DNA of 64,000 nucleotides from contig JAWSUS010000001.1 in NCBI GenBank assembly GCA_033549025.1, positions 299,685 to 363,684 on the forward strand, given 5' to 3'. How positions within the stretch are numbered: position 1 is the first letter of the stretch; every line of letters starts with the position of its first letter. The notes below the pieces were generated by a model. That model did no database searches, was not told the origin of the DNA, and was given only the letters and a program-made list of their open reading frames with translations. This DNA comes from Desulfuromonadales bacterium. GTDB lineage: Bacteria > Desulfobacterota > Desulfuromonadia > Desulfuromonadales > SZUA-540. Below, piece by piece: positions 9,921 to 24,199 of this stretch. Made by a program: the position numbers and the translations under genes.

Positions 9921-11054
9921 TTACTTAACCTCCTTGACTTTATCAATGATCTGGCCGGGGTTGATCGGCTCGCCGTCGACGCGACCGATAAATCCGATTT
10001 CGCAGGCCCCTTTGGCGACGCGCTCTACTTCGAGCACCATCTGGCCGAGGTTCATTTCCGGCACGACGATGGCTTTGGCCTGCTGGGCCAGGGCTGCTAC
10101 GCGCTTCTCCGGGAAAGGCCAGAGGGTGATAGGACGGAAGAGACCGGCCTTGATGCCTTCCTTGCGCAGTTCGTTGACCGCATAGCGAGCCGAACGGCTG
10201 GTGGATCCATAGGCGAAGATCACAACTTCGGCGTCCTCGGTCAGGTACTCTTCGTTCTTCTCAATATCAGCCTGAGCCGCATCAACCTTGCGCAGCTGAC
10301 GGCGCTGCTCATCGTCAACGAGGCTGGCCTTCGTGGTCGGGAAGCCATCCTGAGCCTTGTTCAGGCCGGTAACATGGAAGCGATATCCAGAGCCAAAAGC
10401 GGCCAGAGGAGGCACGTCACCGAAGGAAGTATCGAAGGGCTTGTACTCTTCGGGGGAAACAGTCGGGCCCTGACGGTCAATGACCTCAAGCTCACCCGGC
10501 TCGGGGAACTCGATGCGCTCGCGGCTGTGGCCGACGATTTCATCATAAAGCACCTGCACGGGCATGCGATATTTCTCGGCGAGGTTGAAGGCCCGCACCG
10601 TTTCGCTGAAGATTTCCTGGCAGGAAGCCGGTACCAGCGCGATAGCGGCGTGGTCGCCGTGGGTACCCCATTTGGCCTGCTGAACGTCGGACTGGCCAGG
10701 GCCGGTCGGCATACCGGTGGAGGGCCCGCCACGCATAACGTTGATGATGACGCAGGGCACCTCGGCGATGCAGGCATAGCCGATGAGTTCCTGTTTCAAA
10801 GAGACGCCGGGACCGGAAGTCGCGGTCAGCACCTTAGACCCGGTGAGGGAGGCCCCGATAACCGAAGCCATAGCGCCGATCTCGTCTTCCATTTGGATAA
10901 ATTTCCCTCCGACCTTGGGAAGTTCAACAGACAAAACTTCCGCAACCTCGGTAGAGGGGGTGATGGGGTAACCGCCGAAGAATTTGCAGCCGGCGTAAAG
11001 AGCGCCTTGTGCACAAGCCTCGTTCCCCTGCAACAGAGCAACTTTCTTAGCCAC
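9921..11054 (-). CDS. korA: 2-oxoglutarate:ferredoxin oxidoreductase alpha subunit
   Basis: GNEA, YPITPS, QMEDEI, ATSGPG, RGGPSTG, EMNLGQ motifs. Confidence 0.92.
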   Translation of the reverse strand: MAKKVALLQGNEACAQGALYAGCKFFGGYPITPSTEVAEVLSVELPKVGGKFIQMEDEIGAMASVIGASLTGSKVLTATSGPGVSLKQELIGYACIAEVPCVIINVMRGGPSTGMPTGPGQSDVQQAKWGTHGDHAAIALVPASCQEIFSETVRAFNLAEKYRMPVQVLYDEIVGHSRERIEFPEPGELEVIDRQGPTVSPEEYKPFDTSFGDVPPLAAFGSGYRFHVTGLNKAQDGFPTTKASLVDDEQRRQLRKVDAAQADIEKNEEYLTEDAEVVIFAYGSTSRSARYAVNELRKEGIKAGLFRPITLWPFPEKRVAALAQQAKAIVVPEMNLGQMVLEVERVAKGACEIGFIGRVDGEPINPGQIIDKVKEVK

Positions 11055-11080
11055 GTTAACCGACCTCCTAAAGTTTTAAA

Positions 11081-11272
11081 TTAATCTTTGAAGACTTTGA
11101 TAGCAAAGTCGGGGCACCGCAATTCGCACTGCATGCAGGCGATGCAGGCCTCAGGCTTGGCAACCTTTACCAGAAAGGCATCCATCTCCAGGACCTTGGT
11201 GGGGCAGAACTCCACGCAAATGCTGCACCCTTTGCAGTACCTTTCGATCACTTCCACTCTCGGACTGCTCAT
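11081..11272 (-). CDS. korD: 2[4Fe-4S] ferredoxin, delta subunit of Kor
   Basis: CKGCSICVEFCP and CIACMQCELRCP; start at MSSPRVEV, with AGGAG upstream. Confidence 0.9.
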   Translation of the reverse strand: MSSPRVEVIERYCKGCSICVEFCPTKVLEMDAFLVKVAKPEACIACMQCELRCPDFAIKVFKD

Positions 11273-11538
11273 TACCGCTTTTCTCCTTTGCGAGTTTTTA
11301 CCGCGCCTAACGCGGTCGGACAAAACGTTACCGGAATCCACAATGCCCTGAACTTGGTCAGGGCCGAACCCACTGAATCTCGTACATTTTGCGAAAAAGT
11401 CTTCCACGACTACGTCATGCAAACACTGTTTCCACCCAAAAAACCGGTGCAGTATACACATTTTATCCAATAATTCAAATGCAAAAGAAGGGCAATGTTG
11501 CCATTGCCCTTCTTTTGCAACAATCACTGGAACTTGGA

Positions 11539-12561
<1,023 letters not shown>

Positions 12562-12568
12562 CTATAAA

Positions 12569-14809
<2,241 letters not shown>

Positions 14810-14968
14810 TTAGTTTTTATGCCAGCATCGCCAGAGGTTCAACAATATCAGCAAGATCAAGCCAATCTCAAAATACCCGCCAGGGCACACGACCGGCACC
14901 TGCCCTCAAACCCCTGATACAACAAACAGTTAATTAATTGAATTGGATCAAACCAGCCAATTAATCGT

Positions 14969-15001
14969 GTATACAGTATGCAAAAGACCTGGGAGTGTCA
15001 A
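14969..15001 (-). promoter_or_regulatory. Putative icd-mdh promoter with overlapping 15-bp operator
   Basis: Minus strand TTGACA (15001-14996); the operator (plus strand GTATACAGTATGCAA, 14969-14983) sits at the expected -10 position. Confidence 0.65.
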
Positions 15002-15064
15002 GAAAAAACATGGCGTTAATCGGGTCCTTTACGACCCTCAAAAGGCCCTGATTCCAACAGAAAA

Positions 15065-15772
15065 TCACTCAACTAACTCTCTGTCCTTCAACATGATGTC
15101 TACCGGAAAAATGTCAGATCTTCTGGCTTTTTCCCGCGCCTCATCCATCGCCTCGGCACTGAGATCTCGAGGAATACTTAAAACCTGGCCCGGATAAATT
15201 TGGCGAGGGTCCTTGATCTGGTCCCGATTGGCCTTGTAAAGAAGGGGCCACAAGAGACCATCGGCATAAACTTCCTCTTTCGCCGCAATAGACCAGAGAT
15301 TTTCGCCACCCACAACGGTATATTGCGGCGCCGGCACTGGCGTTATTGGCGAAAGATCCTTGTCGACGGGACTTTCAGCCGAGGAAGAATCCGGCACTTT
15401 GGGGGCAGCGGGCTTGGTTGGCTTTTTTTTCACGGGGGTTTTTACGGGCAGGGAGGCCCGCTCAGCGGCCTGAGCGGCTTCAAGCTCGCGAAGACGCGCG
15501 GCTTCGTCGAGGGACTTCGATATCGCTCGACGGGCATGGGACTGCGCCAAGGGGAGGATCTGGCGAGCCTGCCGGTAGTCACCGTCATGGATATATTTTT
15601 CCGCGTCATACAGGGCCGTGCTGGCCGAGCGGTATTCGAGAGGGGCCAGCTGCGGCGCGCCGACAGCATAAGCCCGAGCGACGGATTCTCTGGCGACCTG
15701 AAGCTCGTGTTGGGGGAGTGAAGCACACCCCCCCAACACAAACAGAACCAAAAGGACCAAAAACTTGTGCAT
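15065..15772 (-). CDS. Lipoprotein with helical DUF4398-like region and C-terminal LysM domain
   Basis: Lipobox LGGC; Pro/Lys linker; LysM YTVVGGENLWSIA...WPLLYKAN...IYPGQVLSIP. Confidence 0.82.
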   Translation of the reverse strand: MHKFLVLLVLFVLGGCASLPQHELQVARESVARAYAVGAPQLAPLEYRSASTALYDAEKYIHDGDYRQARQILPLAQSHARRAISKSLDEAARLRELEAAQAAERASLPVKTPVKKKPTKPAAPKVPDSSSAESPVDKDLSPITPVPAPQYTVVGGENLWSIAAKEEVYADGLLWPLLYKANRDQIKDPRQIYPGQVLSIPRDLSAEAMDEAREKARRSDIFPVDIMLKDRELVE

Positions 15773-15851
15773 TTAACGACAAAACCTTCCTCAGCCGAGA
15801 ACTCAGAAGAGGATCAGCCCCCTCACAAGAAACGGGACAGGGGGCGAGAGA

Positions 15852-17639
15852 CTATTTGGGGCGGCTGGCCAGGCGAATCGAAAGCTCCCGCAGCTGTTTT
15901 TCGTCAACCACATTGGGCGCTTCAGACATCATACAGGTCGCCTTCTGGGTCTTCGGGAAAGCAATGACGTCCCGGATGGAATCGGAGCCGGTCAGGATCA
16001 TAACAAGCCGATCCAATCCGAAGGCAATTCCTCCGTGGGGGGGCGCCCCGAATTCGAGGGCATCGAGCAGAAAGCCGAACTTCTCCCTGGCCTCCTCGAT
16101 GCCAATCCCCATAAGGTCGAACATCTTGCTCTGAACAGCCTGATCATGGATACGAATGCTGCCGCCGCCGATTTCCGAGCCATTGAGTACCAGGTCGTAG
16201 GCCTTGGCCCGGGCCTTGCCGGGATCCCCATCGAGCAGGGGCATGTCTTCATCCATCGGCGCGGTGAAAGGGTGGTGAACCGCAACGTGCCGCCGCGCCT
16301 CTCCGTCCCACTCAAGAAGAGGGAAATCGGTGATCCACACGAACTTGAAGTCATCCTTGCGGGTCAGGCCAAGCTTGTGCCCCAAGTGGCCACGCAGTCG
16401 CCCCAGCGCTTCATTGGTGACTCTGTAACTATCGGCGACAAAGAGCAGGAGGTCGCCGACCTCGGCATGCAACACGCGATTCAGCGCCGCGAGTTCCTGC
16501 TCGGAGAAAAACTTGGCGATCGGAGACTGCCACCCTTCCTCGGTAACCTTGACATAGGCGAGACCTTTGGCCCCATAGATTTTGGCAAACTCCGTGAGAT
16601 CGTCGATCTCTTTTCGGGAAAAGGAGGCGCAACCCTTGACGTTGAGGGCCTTGACGATACCGCCCCCCTTGACCACATCGGCAAAGACCTTGAAACCGGA
16701 ATCCTTGACCAGATTGGAGATTTCCACCAACTCCAGGTCAAAACGCAGGTCCGGATTGTCCACCCCGTAGCGGGCCATGGCTTCGGCATAGGTCATGCGG
16801 GGCATGGGTAGGCTTACCTCCACCCCAATGGCGTCGCGGAAAACTTCGGCGATCATTCCTTCCATGACGGCTATCACGTCATCGCGGCTAACAAAGCTCA
16901 TCTCGCAGTCGATCTGCGTGAACTCCGGCTGACGGTCAGCCCTCAAGTCCTCGTCACGGAAACATTTGACGATCTGGCAATAGCGATCATAGCCGGAAAC
17001 CATGAGGAGCTGTTTGAACAGCTGGGGGGATTGAGGCAGCGCATAGAAAGTTCCGGGATTGACACGGCTGGGGACGAGATAGTCACGAGCGCCCTCGGGC
17101 GTGCTTTTGGTCAGCACCGGGGTTTCGATTTCCAGAAAGCCCTGGTTGTCAAGATAGGTGCGAACGGTACGGGCGACCCGGTGACGCAGCATGAGATTGC
17201 TCTGGATGCCCGGACGGCGCAGATCAAGATAGCGGTGCTTGAGGCGGATACTTTCCGCCACATCGGCGTATTCGTCGATCATGAAGGGAGGGGTCTTGGC
17301 CGTATTGAGAACGCGCAGTTCCCGAACCTCCACTTCGACCTCGCCGGTGAACATCTTGGGGTTGACCGTTCCCTCGGGCCGGGGAGAAACGACCCCCCGC
17401 ACCGCAATGACATATTCATTGCGCACCCGGTCGGCCTTGGTGTGGGCTTCGGGATCCCGGTCCGGATCCAGCGCCAACTGAACGATCCCTTCCCGGTCCC
17501 GAAGGTCGATAAAAATAAGCCCGCCATGGTCGCGGCGACGCTGCACCCACCCCATGAGACAAACGTCCTTGCCGATATCTGCAGCGGTAACACGCCCGCA
17601 ATAATGGCTTCTTTTCCAGTCACCAAGAATGTCGTTCAC
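15852..17639 (-). CDS. aspS: Aspartate-tRNA ligase (probably non-discriminating Asp/Asn)
   Basis: [63 protein letters not shown] start with GGAGG RBS. Confidence 0.97.
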   Translation of the reverse strand: MNDILGDWKRSHYCGRVTAADIGKDVCLMGWVQRRRDHGGLIFIDLRDREGIVQLALDPDRDPEAHTKADRVRNEYVIAVRGVVSPRPEGTVNPKMFTGEVEVEVRELRVLNTAKTPPFMIDEYADVAESIRLKHRYLDLRRPGIQSNLMLRHRVARTVRTYLDNQGFLEIETPVLTKSTPEGARDYLVPSRVNPGTFYALPQSPQLFKQLLMVSGYDRYCQIVKCFRDEDLRADRQPEFTQIDCEMSFVSRDDVIAVMEGMIAEVFRDAIGVEVSLPMPRMTYAEAMARYGVDNPDLRFDLELVEISNLVKDSGFKVFADVVKGGGIVKALNVKGCASFSRKEIDDLTEFAKIYGAKGLAYVKVTEEGWQSPIAKFFSEQELAALNRVLHAEVGDLLLFVADSYRVTNEALGRLRGHLGHKLGLTRKDDFKFVWITDFPLLEWDGEARRHVAVHHPFTAPMDEDMPLLDGDPGKARAKAYDLVLNGSEIGGGSIRIHDQAVQSKMFDLMGIGIEEAREKFGFLLDALEFGAPPHGGIAFGLDRLVMILTGSDSIRDVIAFPKTQKATCMMSEAPNVVDEKQLRELSIRLASRPK

Positions 17640-17742
17640 GCCCTGTCCTCCAAAATGGTTAAATCGGCCACTGAACCGTGGCGAAATCAAGCAAAACGAA
17701 ATTATACAGAGCCTTTTTGCGTGGCGTCAAGACAAGATTCCG

Positions 17743-19002
17743 TCATGCCCCGAGCACTCTCGCGCGCAGCTCTTCCTCAAGGCGGTCAAAGGCCACTTCT
17801 TCTTGACTGCCCTTGTCCATGTCCTTAAGTTGTGCCACGTTACGGCTCAACTCTTCCTCCCCAACGATCACGACAAAACGGGCCTTGAGCTTGCCGGCGC
17901 GTCTCATCTGCGCCTTGAGACTCTTTCCCGAAAAATCCATCTCCGCATGCAGGCCATGACGCTGAAGATCCGACATAAGGACAAAGGCTTTTTGACTGGC
18001 CTCCTCGCCCATGCCCGCCAAAAAGACATCCGCCCGCGAAGATGGCTCGTGATCGTCTCCCTTCATCAGAACCAGGCGCTCCAACCCCATCGCAAAACCG
18101 ATGCCAGGCAGAGAAGGCCCCCCCAGGTCAGCGATAAGACCGTCATAACGCCCGCCAGCCGCTACCGCATTCTGGGACCCGAGTCGCGTGGTGACCATTT
18201 CAAAAGTGGTCTTGGTATAGTAATCGAGCCCGCGCACCATCCGGGGATTGATCGTGAAGGGGGCATTCAGCAGGCGCAGATAGGTCTGAACCTGGGAAAA
18301 GTGGTCATCACAACCTGAGCAGAGATGATCCAGGACCGACGGCGCCTGGACGGTGGCCTCTTTGCAACCGGTCGCCTTGCAGTCCAGAACACGCAAGGGA
18401 TTGGTCTGATACCGCCGGCGGCAATCTTCGCAGAGCGAATCGAGGCGCTCCTGCAAGAAGGCCACGAGCGTTTGACGGAAGCCGGGACGACACTCTGCAC
18501 ACCCCAAGGAATTCACCTGCAGTTCGACGTCACCAATGCCGACCTCGTCGAAGTAATGGATCAGCATGGCCAACACCTGGGCGTCAACCCGAGGATCCTC
18601 CACCCCGATCACCTCGGCACCGATTTGGTGAAACTGGCGGTAGCGGCCCTTCTGCGGGCGCTCGTAACGGAACATGGGGCCCATGTAGTAAAGCCGGGCC
18701 ACCGGGTCCTGTGCGTACATTTTATTTTCAATATAGGAGCGCATGACCGGGGCGGTTCCCTCGGGTCGCAAGGTCAAGGAATTTCCGCTCTTATCGTTGA
18801 ACGTATACATCTCTTTTTCGACGATATCGGTTGTTTCACCGATTGAGCGACAAAAAAGCTCGGTTTTCTCAACCACCGGAACACGAATTTCAGAAAATCC
18901 GTAGGCCCCGAAGACCTTTCGAGCGCTGTGTTCGAGAAATTGCCAGGTTTCCACTTCGCCCGGCAGGATATCGTTCATCCCCTTGATACCTGTAATACTC
19001 AC
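17743..19002 (-). CDS. hisS: Histidine-tRNA ligase
   Basis: LRPEGTA, FRYERPQKGRYRQFHQ, VRGLDYY, AGGRYDGL. Confidence 0.97.
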   Translation of the reverse strand: MSITGIKGMNDILPGEVETWQFLEHSARKVFGAYGFSEIRVPVVEKTELFCRSIGETTDIVEKEMYTFNDKSGNSLTLRPEGTAPVMRSYIENKMYAQDPVARLYYMGPMFRYERPQKGRYRQFHQIGAEVIGVEDPRVDAQVLAMLIHYFDEVGIGDVELQVNSLGCAECRPGFRQTLVAFLQERLDSLCEDCRRRYQTNPLRVLDCKATGCKEATVQAPSVLDHLCSGCDDHFSQVQTYLRLLNAPFTINPRMVRGLDYYTKTTFEMVTTRLGSQNAVAAGGRYDGLIADLGGPSLPGIGFAMGLERLVLMKGDDHEPSSRADVFLAGMGEEASQKAFVLMSDLQRHGLHAEMDFSGKSLKAQMRRAGKLKARFVVIVGEEELSRNVAQLKDMDKGSQEEVAFDRLEEELRARVLGA

Positions 19003-19177
19003 TGATCTCTTCCTCTTTATTTATGGTTATGCAACAGGCACACGAAGCCGGAATCGCCACAAGGCCAGTCAGCCCATCAAAGCACAGGGCTCCTTCATGG
19101 CTAGAATTAACGGCATTCCAATGTCATGGAGAAGGAGGTCCCCCAGGCAGAGGGGTCCGGAGGCTTGAACCGGCGGA

Positions 19178-20548
19178 TCAGGACCTGATTTCCCAGGCCC
19201 CGCGAATCACGTTACGTATTTTTTTCCCTTCGTACATTGCCCGGTCGGCCAAATCGACGATGCTGTTTCGATCGTCGGCGTCATCAGGGAAAATGGCACT
19301 CCCCACCGTGGCGGTCAGGCGGCACTTCAACCCCATATCTTCCAGAAAAACATGCTCTTCTATGACCTTGCGTATTCGTTCCGACACCAGAGCAGCCCCC
19401 TTGGCATCCGTCTCGATGAGCAGAGCAGTAAATTCGTCACCGCCATAACGAAACAACGAGTCGACCTCACGAACCGCGTGGTGAAGAAGGCTGCCGACTT
19501 CTTTCAGCGCCGCGCTGCCAGCCAGATGACCATGGGTGTCGTTGACTTCCTTGAAGTGATCTATATCGATAAAGACCAGAGCAAATTTGAGTCTGAAACG
19601 TTCGGCCCGCCTGATTTCCTGTTCCAGCACAATCTGCAGATAGCGATAATTGAACAGACCGGTAAGATCATCAATATAGATAAGCTGCTGAACATCCTGG
19701 TAACGCAGCGAATTCTCGAAAGCCAGGGCAGTCTGGTCCGACAAAAAGGTGAGGTTTTCTTTGGGTAGCGGACGGGGCAGCCCCCCCTCGGCGGGGTTAA
19801 AGATGACGATAGCCCCTTTCAATTCACGGGACAGAAAAAGAGGGAAGAGACAGGCCTCCTGGACATTCACCGGCCAGTCCGGCCGCGAGTCCAGATCAGA
19901 GACATGAAGGGTGCGGACGGTGGTCAGTCCGGGCAAGTGAGGCCGAATGGACATGGCCAGAGACAAAGCCCCAAGCGCTTCCACGCCCTCCAATCCCGCC
20001 AAACGCAGTCGATCGCCATCACACAGGAGCATGGCAAATCCGCGTCCAGTGCCGACTTCCTTCAGCAGGGTATTCACCGCCTGAGGCAGTAATTTATCAA
20101 TATCCAGAAAAGACGCAAGGTTCTGTCCCTTCTGGTAAAGGCGTATCTGACTTTTGAGAAGGGTATTTTCGTCCAGAAGACGGACCTGATCAAGGCACGA
20201 CCGCACCACGTGCCTTAGCTCTTCGGGATTAAAAGGCTTGATGAGATAATCCCGCGCGCCCCCCTTGAGGGCCTTGATGGCGGTTTCCAACGTGGCGTGC
20301 CCGGTCACCAGGATGACTTCGGGAGGATTCTCCATGTTGCGAACCTGGTAAAGAACATCCAGCCCGCCGATATCCGGCATAACCATATCGGTCAGGAGAA
20401 CATCCACCCCACCCTTGGCGATTCGCTCAAGCGCCGCATTACCGGATGCAAAGGATTCGACAATATAGCCTTCCTCACTCAGCAGCTCGGAATACATCCG
20501 GCGGAAGAACAGCTCATCGTCAACAACCAGTATGGTGGGTTTTTTCAT
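19178..20548 (-). CDS. Response regulator diguanylate cyclase (REC-GAF-like-GGDEF)
   Basis: ILVVDD...LTDMVMP...KP receiver; middle GAF-like region; DDLTGLFN...GGDEF with RxxD I-site (REVD). Confidence 0.9.
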   Translation of the reverse strand: MKKPTILVVDDELFFRRMYSELLSEEGYIVESFASGNAALERIAKGGVDVLLTDMVMPDIGGLDVLYQVRNMENPPEVILVTGHATLETAIKALKGGARDYLIKPFNPEELRHVVRSCLDQVRLLDENTLLKSQIRLYQKGQNLASFLDIDKLLPQAVNTLLKEVGTGRGFAMLLCDGDRLRLAGLEGVEALGALSLAMSIRPHLPGLTTVRTLHVSDLDSRPDWPVNVQEACLFPLFLSRELKGAIVIFNPAEGGLPRPLPKENLTFLSDQTALAFENSLRYQDVQQLIYIDDLTGLFNYRYLQIVLEQEIRRAERFRLKFALVFIDIDHFKEVNDTHGHLAGSAALKEVGSLLHHAVREVDSLFRYGGDEFTALLIETDAKGAALVSERIRKVIEEHVFLEDMGLKCRLTATVGSAIFPDDADDRNSIVDLADRAMYEGKKIRNVIRGAWEIRS

Positions 20549-20602
20549 CCAGGAAGGCCCCCTTTGATTACAGGCTGACGCTAACAAAACCGCACATTTC
20601 TG

Positions 20603-22978
20603 TCAACGGAAAAGCCTTGATCGCCACGGATACACCTGCCAGCCGTCCCCATCACTGACAAACCGCAAGGTACCGTTCCAATCCGTGCGATATAAAGGAA
20701 TTTGTTGGGAGGCCAGCGTATTCACCACCGACGCATGAGGAAAACCGTAACGGTTTGCCAAACCGACCGAGGTAAAAGTCATCTGGGGATTCAGGGCTTC
20801 CAGAAGAGCCTCCGGAGAAGAATGCCGGCTGCCATGATGGGGCAACTTGAGCAACTGGACTGAGTTATGGGAAAGATTGCCTAGCAATTTGTCAACACCG
20901 GCGGACTCCAGATCTCCAGTCAACAGAAGGCTCGCCTCACCCAGGGAGGCGAGCAGCACCACGGAGCGATCATTGATGTTGCCGCTTTGGGGTGGCACAT
21001 AGAGGCTCAAGTGGGCGGGCGAATCGACACTGTCATGCGACCAGCCTTCCGGCAAGGTCTCAAGGGGAACCTGCCCCATCAGCAGGGACTCCCTAATGCT
21101 CTCCGGCAGCTCCTCCCTGCGCAAGGCAGTCCGGAATGTGCGTACCGGGAAACGGGACAGAACAGCACCCAGACCAAGATAGTGATCGGGGTGGGCGTGG
21201 GTCAGGATGACGGAGTCGAGCGCCGATATCCCGAGGCGGGCCAGAGCTGGCAGCAGCAGGCGTTCTCCCACATCAAACGTCTCGCTGTAGAGCCCGCCGC
21301 CATCGATCAGGTGATGCTGGCCATCGGGCGTCGACAAGAGTAAAGACTCCCCCTGGCCGACAGAAAAGACAGTCAGAGCAAGCTCCGGTGAAGCGGTCCG
21401 GGGGAGAATGAAAAGCAACAGGGCCACACAGGCCAGAGCGGTGCGCAATCGATAAAACCGGGCCCAGGGAAGAAAAACAAGGACCAGAAGCAAAACAAAA
21501 CAGAGCAAGGTCTTTGGGGCAAGAAATACATTCACACTGCCCAGCAGAGGAAAAGAAAGCAGAAAACGCAGGGCGACCAATACGGCGGAAACCACCTCTC
21601 CGCAAACGGCAAAAGCCAAGTTCGCCAGTAGAGGACTGAGGGGACTCAAAAGCGACCCCATAAGCGCCAGCGGCACGGCGATAAAACCGACAGCCGGAAC
21701 AGCCACCAGGTTGGCCAGAAGGCCGGCAGGAGAAAACATATGAAAATGCAAGGCGACCAGAGGGGCTGTCGCCAGGGTAGCCGTCAGGGTCGTGAGCAGA
21801 AGCAGGGTGACCCATCTCAGGGGCAGTGGCCAATGGTGGAGTTTCAAGGCCGTACTCAAGCGAGGTACCCCCAGCATGATCCCCAAAACCCCGGCAAAGG
21901 AAAGCTGAAACGAAGCCTCGTACAAAGACAGCGGGCTGATGAGCAAAAAAAGGAAAGCGACCGTCCCCAACAGATGAAGGGGGTTGGTGCGCCGGGAACT
22001 CAGACAGAACAGAGCCACGGCAACAGCCATGAGAAACGCCCGCAGGGTCGGGATAGCGCCGCCCGTCAGGAATAGATAGCCGGCGAGCAGAGGGAGAATC
22101 ACCACGGGCAGCAGGCGCCGCGGGGGGGCCAGAAGCAGCAGCGTTTCCGAGCGGCAATAAAAGAAGCGGCCGATGCCATAGAAGAAGGACGCGATAATCC
22201 CCAGGTGCAACCCTGAGATGGCAAAGAGATGCGACACACCCCCGCGGGCCAGCAGATCACGCTGCGCGGGGAGCAGTACGCTCTTCTCTCCAACGGCAAG
22301 AGCCTTGACAAAAGGGGACAATTCCTCAGAAACAGCCCCGTCGATGAGCCGAACCACCCTGCCCCGCTGCTGTGCCAGAAAATCCATCATGGAAAATCCT
22401 GTAGATTGCTGGACCAGCACCACATCCCCAAAACGCTCCAAAGCCGCCGTCACATAAATGCCCTGGCGGGCCAGGTGTCGGGGAAAATCGAATTCACCGG
22501 GCGTCCCGAAAGAGCGGGGCCTTTTCAGGCGGGCATAGAAGCGGACGGAATCCCCCATGCGGACGGTCGGCTCGCCCTCTTCAATAAAGACGCGAACCAT
22601 GCCGCGGCAGCTTACCCCGATCCGACGACGGTCGATTTGAGAAACATCAACATTGAGGGTAGAGCGGCCCAGAGAGCGGTTTTCTATGGCGGTCACCCGG
22701 CCTTGCACCGACACGGCCTCGCCGCCGGCAAAGGAGCGGACATCCTGAGAGGCAAGAGGGGGAGAGAGGTGGTGATGATAAAGGGAGAAGCCAAAACAGA
22801 TGAGGGCGGCCGGCAGCAGAAAAAGCGCCGGGTCAAAACGGCGCAGCACCAGCCATATAGCCACCAGAACGGCGGCAAGAGCGGTAACGGCGGGGGAAGG
22901 TCCCGCAAAGGGAGCCAGCAGGATCCCCGCGGTCAAAAAGAACAGGGAGCTGAAGGCACTGAAGCGCCCGTCTCTCAT
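20603..22978 (-). CDS. comEC: DNA uptake channel ComEC/Rec2
   Basis: HLFAISGLHLG, SFQLSF, VGQGES, metallo-beta-lactamase THAHPDH, LLTGDL, PHHGS. Confidence 0.93.
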   Translation of the reverse strand: MRDGRFSAFSSLFFLTAGILLAPFAGPSPAVTALAAVLVAIWLVLRRFDPALFLLPAALICFGFSLYHHHLSPPLASQDVRSFAGGEAVSVQGRVTAIENRSLGRSTLNVDVSQIDRRRIGVSCRGMVRVFIEEGEPTVRMGDSVRFYARLKRPRSFGTPGEFDFPRHLARQGIYVTAALERFGDVVLVQQSTGFSMMDFLAQQRGRVVRLIDGAVSEELSPFVKALAVGEKSVLLPAQRDLLARGGVSHLFAISGLHLGIIASFFYGIGRFFYCRSETLLLLAPPRRLLPVVILPLLAGYLFLTGGAIPTLRAFLMAVAVALFCLSSRRTNPLHLLGTVAFLFLLISPLSLYEASFQLSFAGVLGIMLGVPRLSTALKLHHWPLPLRWVTLLLLTTLTATLATAPLVALHFHMFSPAGLLANLVAVPAVGFIAVPLALMGSLLSPLSPLLANLAFAVCGEVVSAVLVALRFLLSFPLLGSVNVFLAPKTLLCFVLLLVLVFLPWARFYRLRTALACVALLLFILPRTASPELALTVFSVGQGESLLLSTPDGQHHLIDGGGLYSETFDVGERLLLPALARLGISALDSVILTHAHPDHYLGLGAVLSRFPVRTFRTALRREELPESIRESLLMGQVPLETLPEGWSHDSVDSPAHLSLYVPPQSGNINDRSVVLLASLGEASLLLTGDLESAGVDKLLGNLSHNSVQLLKLPHHGSRHSSPEALLEALNPQMTFTSVGLANRYGFPHASVVNTLASQQIPLYRTDWNGTLRFVSDGDGWQVYPWRSRLFR

Positions 22979-23079
22979 GGAGCGCCCGCCGGCATGAAAA
23001 AGGTGGTGTGATCCACAGCGTCGAGGATCTTTCGTGGCAGGAGGCGATCGTGAGCCGCCCCAGGATCAGAAGAAAAGGA

Positions 23080-24021
23080 TCACCCTTGAGCGCGAATCAG
23101 CTCCTCGGCCTTGGCCACATCCTCCTTGCAGCCGATAAAGACTGGCGCCCGATCATCTATCTGGCGCGGCTGCAGATCTAGAATCCGCTCCCGGCCGGTA
23201 GAGGCGGCCCCTCCCGCCTGTTCGATAAGGTACGACATGGGATTGAGCTCGTACAGAAGGCGAAGCTTACCGTTGGGACTCCCCTGAAGATGAGGGTACA
23301 TGAACACCCCCTTCCCCTTCATGAGAATCTGGTTGATATCGGGGACGAACCCCCCGCTGTAACGCAGCTTGGCACCATTTTCCTCCATATAACGCACGAA
23401 GCTTTCGGTGCCCGGCGTATACAGATTGCGCTGCCCCCCGGGGGAATAGATGCTGCCTTTGGGCTGCATTTGGATATTTTCCCGCACCAGGGTGTACTCC
23501 ATCAACTGATTCATGCCGAATTCATGCACGCCCCGGCCCGTGCTGTAGACGAGAGTCGTGCGGGGACCGTACAGGATGTACAGCGCCGCCACCTGATTTC
23601 TGCCCGGCTGCAGCAGTTCGCCCCCTTCGTAAATGGAGACAATCGTTCCGACGGCCAGGTTCACGTCGACCAGAGAAGACCCGTCCAAAGGATCGTAGGC
23701 CACGGAATAACGTCCGTCGAAGTCCGTGGAGATGGATATGATGTCGCTGGTCTCTTCCGAGACGATATTGGCGACGACCCCGGAATGCAGCAGGCGTTTG
23801 CGCAGGATGCGGTCGGAAAGGACATCCAGGGCCAGCTGATCTTCGCCATACAGGTTGGAGGTTCCCGCCACGCCCAGATCACCGGTCCGGATGGAGTTGA
23901 CGATATACTTGGACGCATCGGCGATCTCGCAAATGAGCCTTGTAAGGTTGCGGTCTTCTTCCTGCTCGCGCAGATAACGACGGAGATCCATCTGAAACTT
24001 GGTTTGGCCAGCCTCGCCCAT
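23080..24021 (-). CDS. fbp: Class 1 fructose-1,6-bisphosphatase
   Basis: DPLDGSS, YGPRT, RYSGGFVPD, GKLRLLYELNP. Confidence 0.95.
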   Translation of the reverse strand: MGEAGQTKFQMDLRRYLREQEEDRNLTRLICEIADASKYIVNSIRTGDLGVAGTSNLYGEDQLALDVLSDRILRKRLLHSGVVANIVSEETSDIISISTDFDGRYSVAYDPLDGSSLVDVNLAVGTIVSIYEGGELLQPGRNQVAALYILYGPRTTLVYSTGRGVHEFGMNQLMEYTLVRENIQMQPKGSIYSPGGQRNLYTPGTESFVRYMEENGAKLRYSGGFVPDINQILMKGKGVFMYPHLQGSPNGKLRLLYELNPMSYLIEQAGGAASTGRERILDLQPRQIDDRAPVFIGCKEDVAKAEELIRAQG

Positions 24022-24199
24022 CCATCCACCTCCTGTGCCCTGATATAAAAAACATCGTTAAATTCGGTGAATCATATTAGACCAAACCCACCCAACCAGC
24101 AAGCCCGCCGTGGCGAAAAAGCGCTGACATCTTGACTCAGGGCATAAAACTGATATTTTTTGAGCCATAACATCTTGATCTTACAGAGGGAGGAAACCC

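Noticed and set aside
14941..14962. AATTGG-N10-CCAATT inverted repeat upstream of icd, resembling a PdhR/FadR-type box
   Set aside because: Spacing differs from the canonical 17-bp site and only one copy was seen, in AT-rich context
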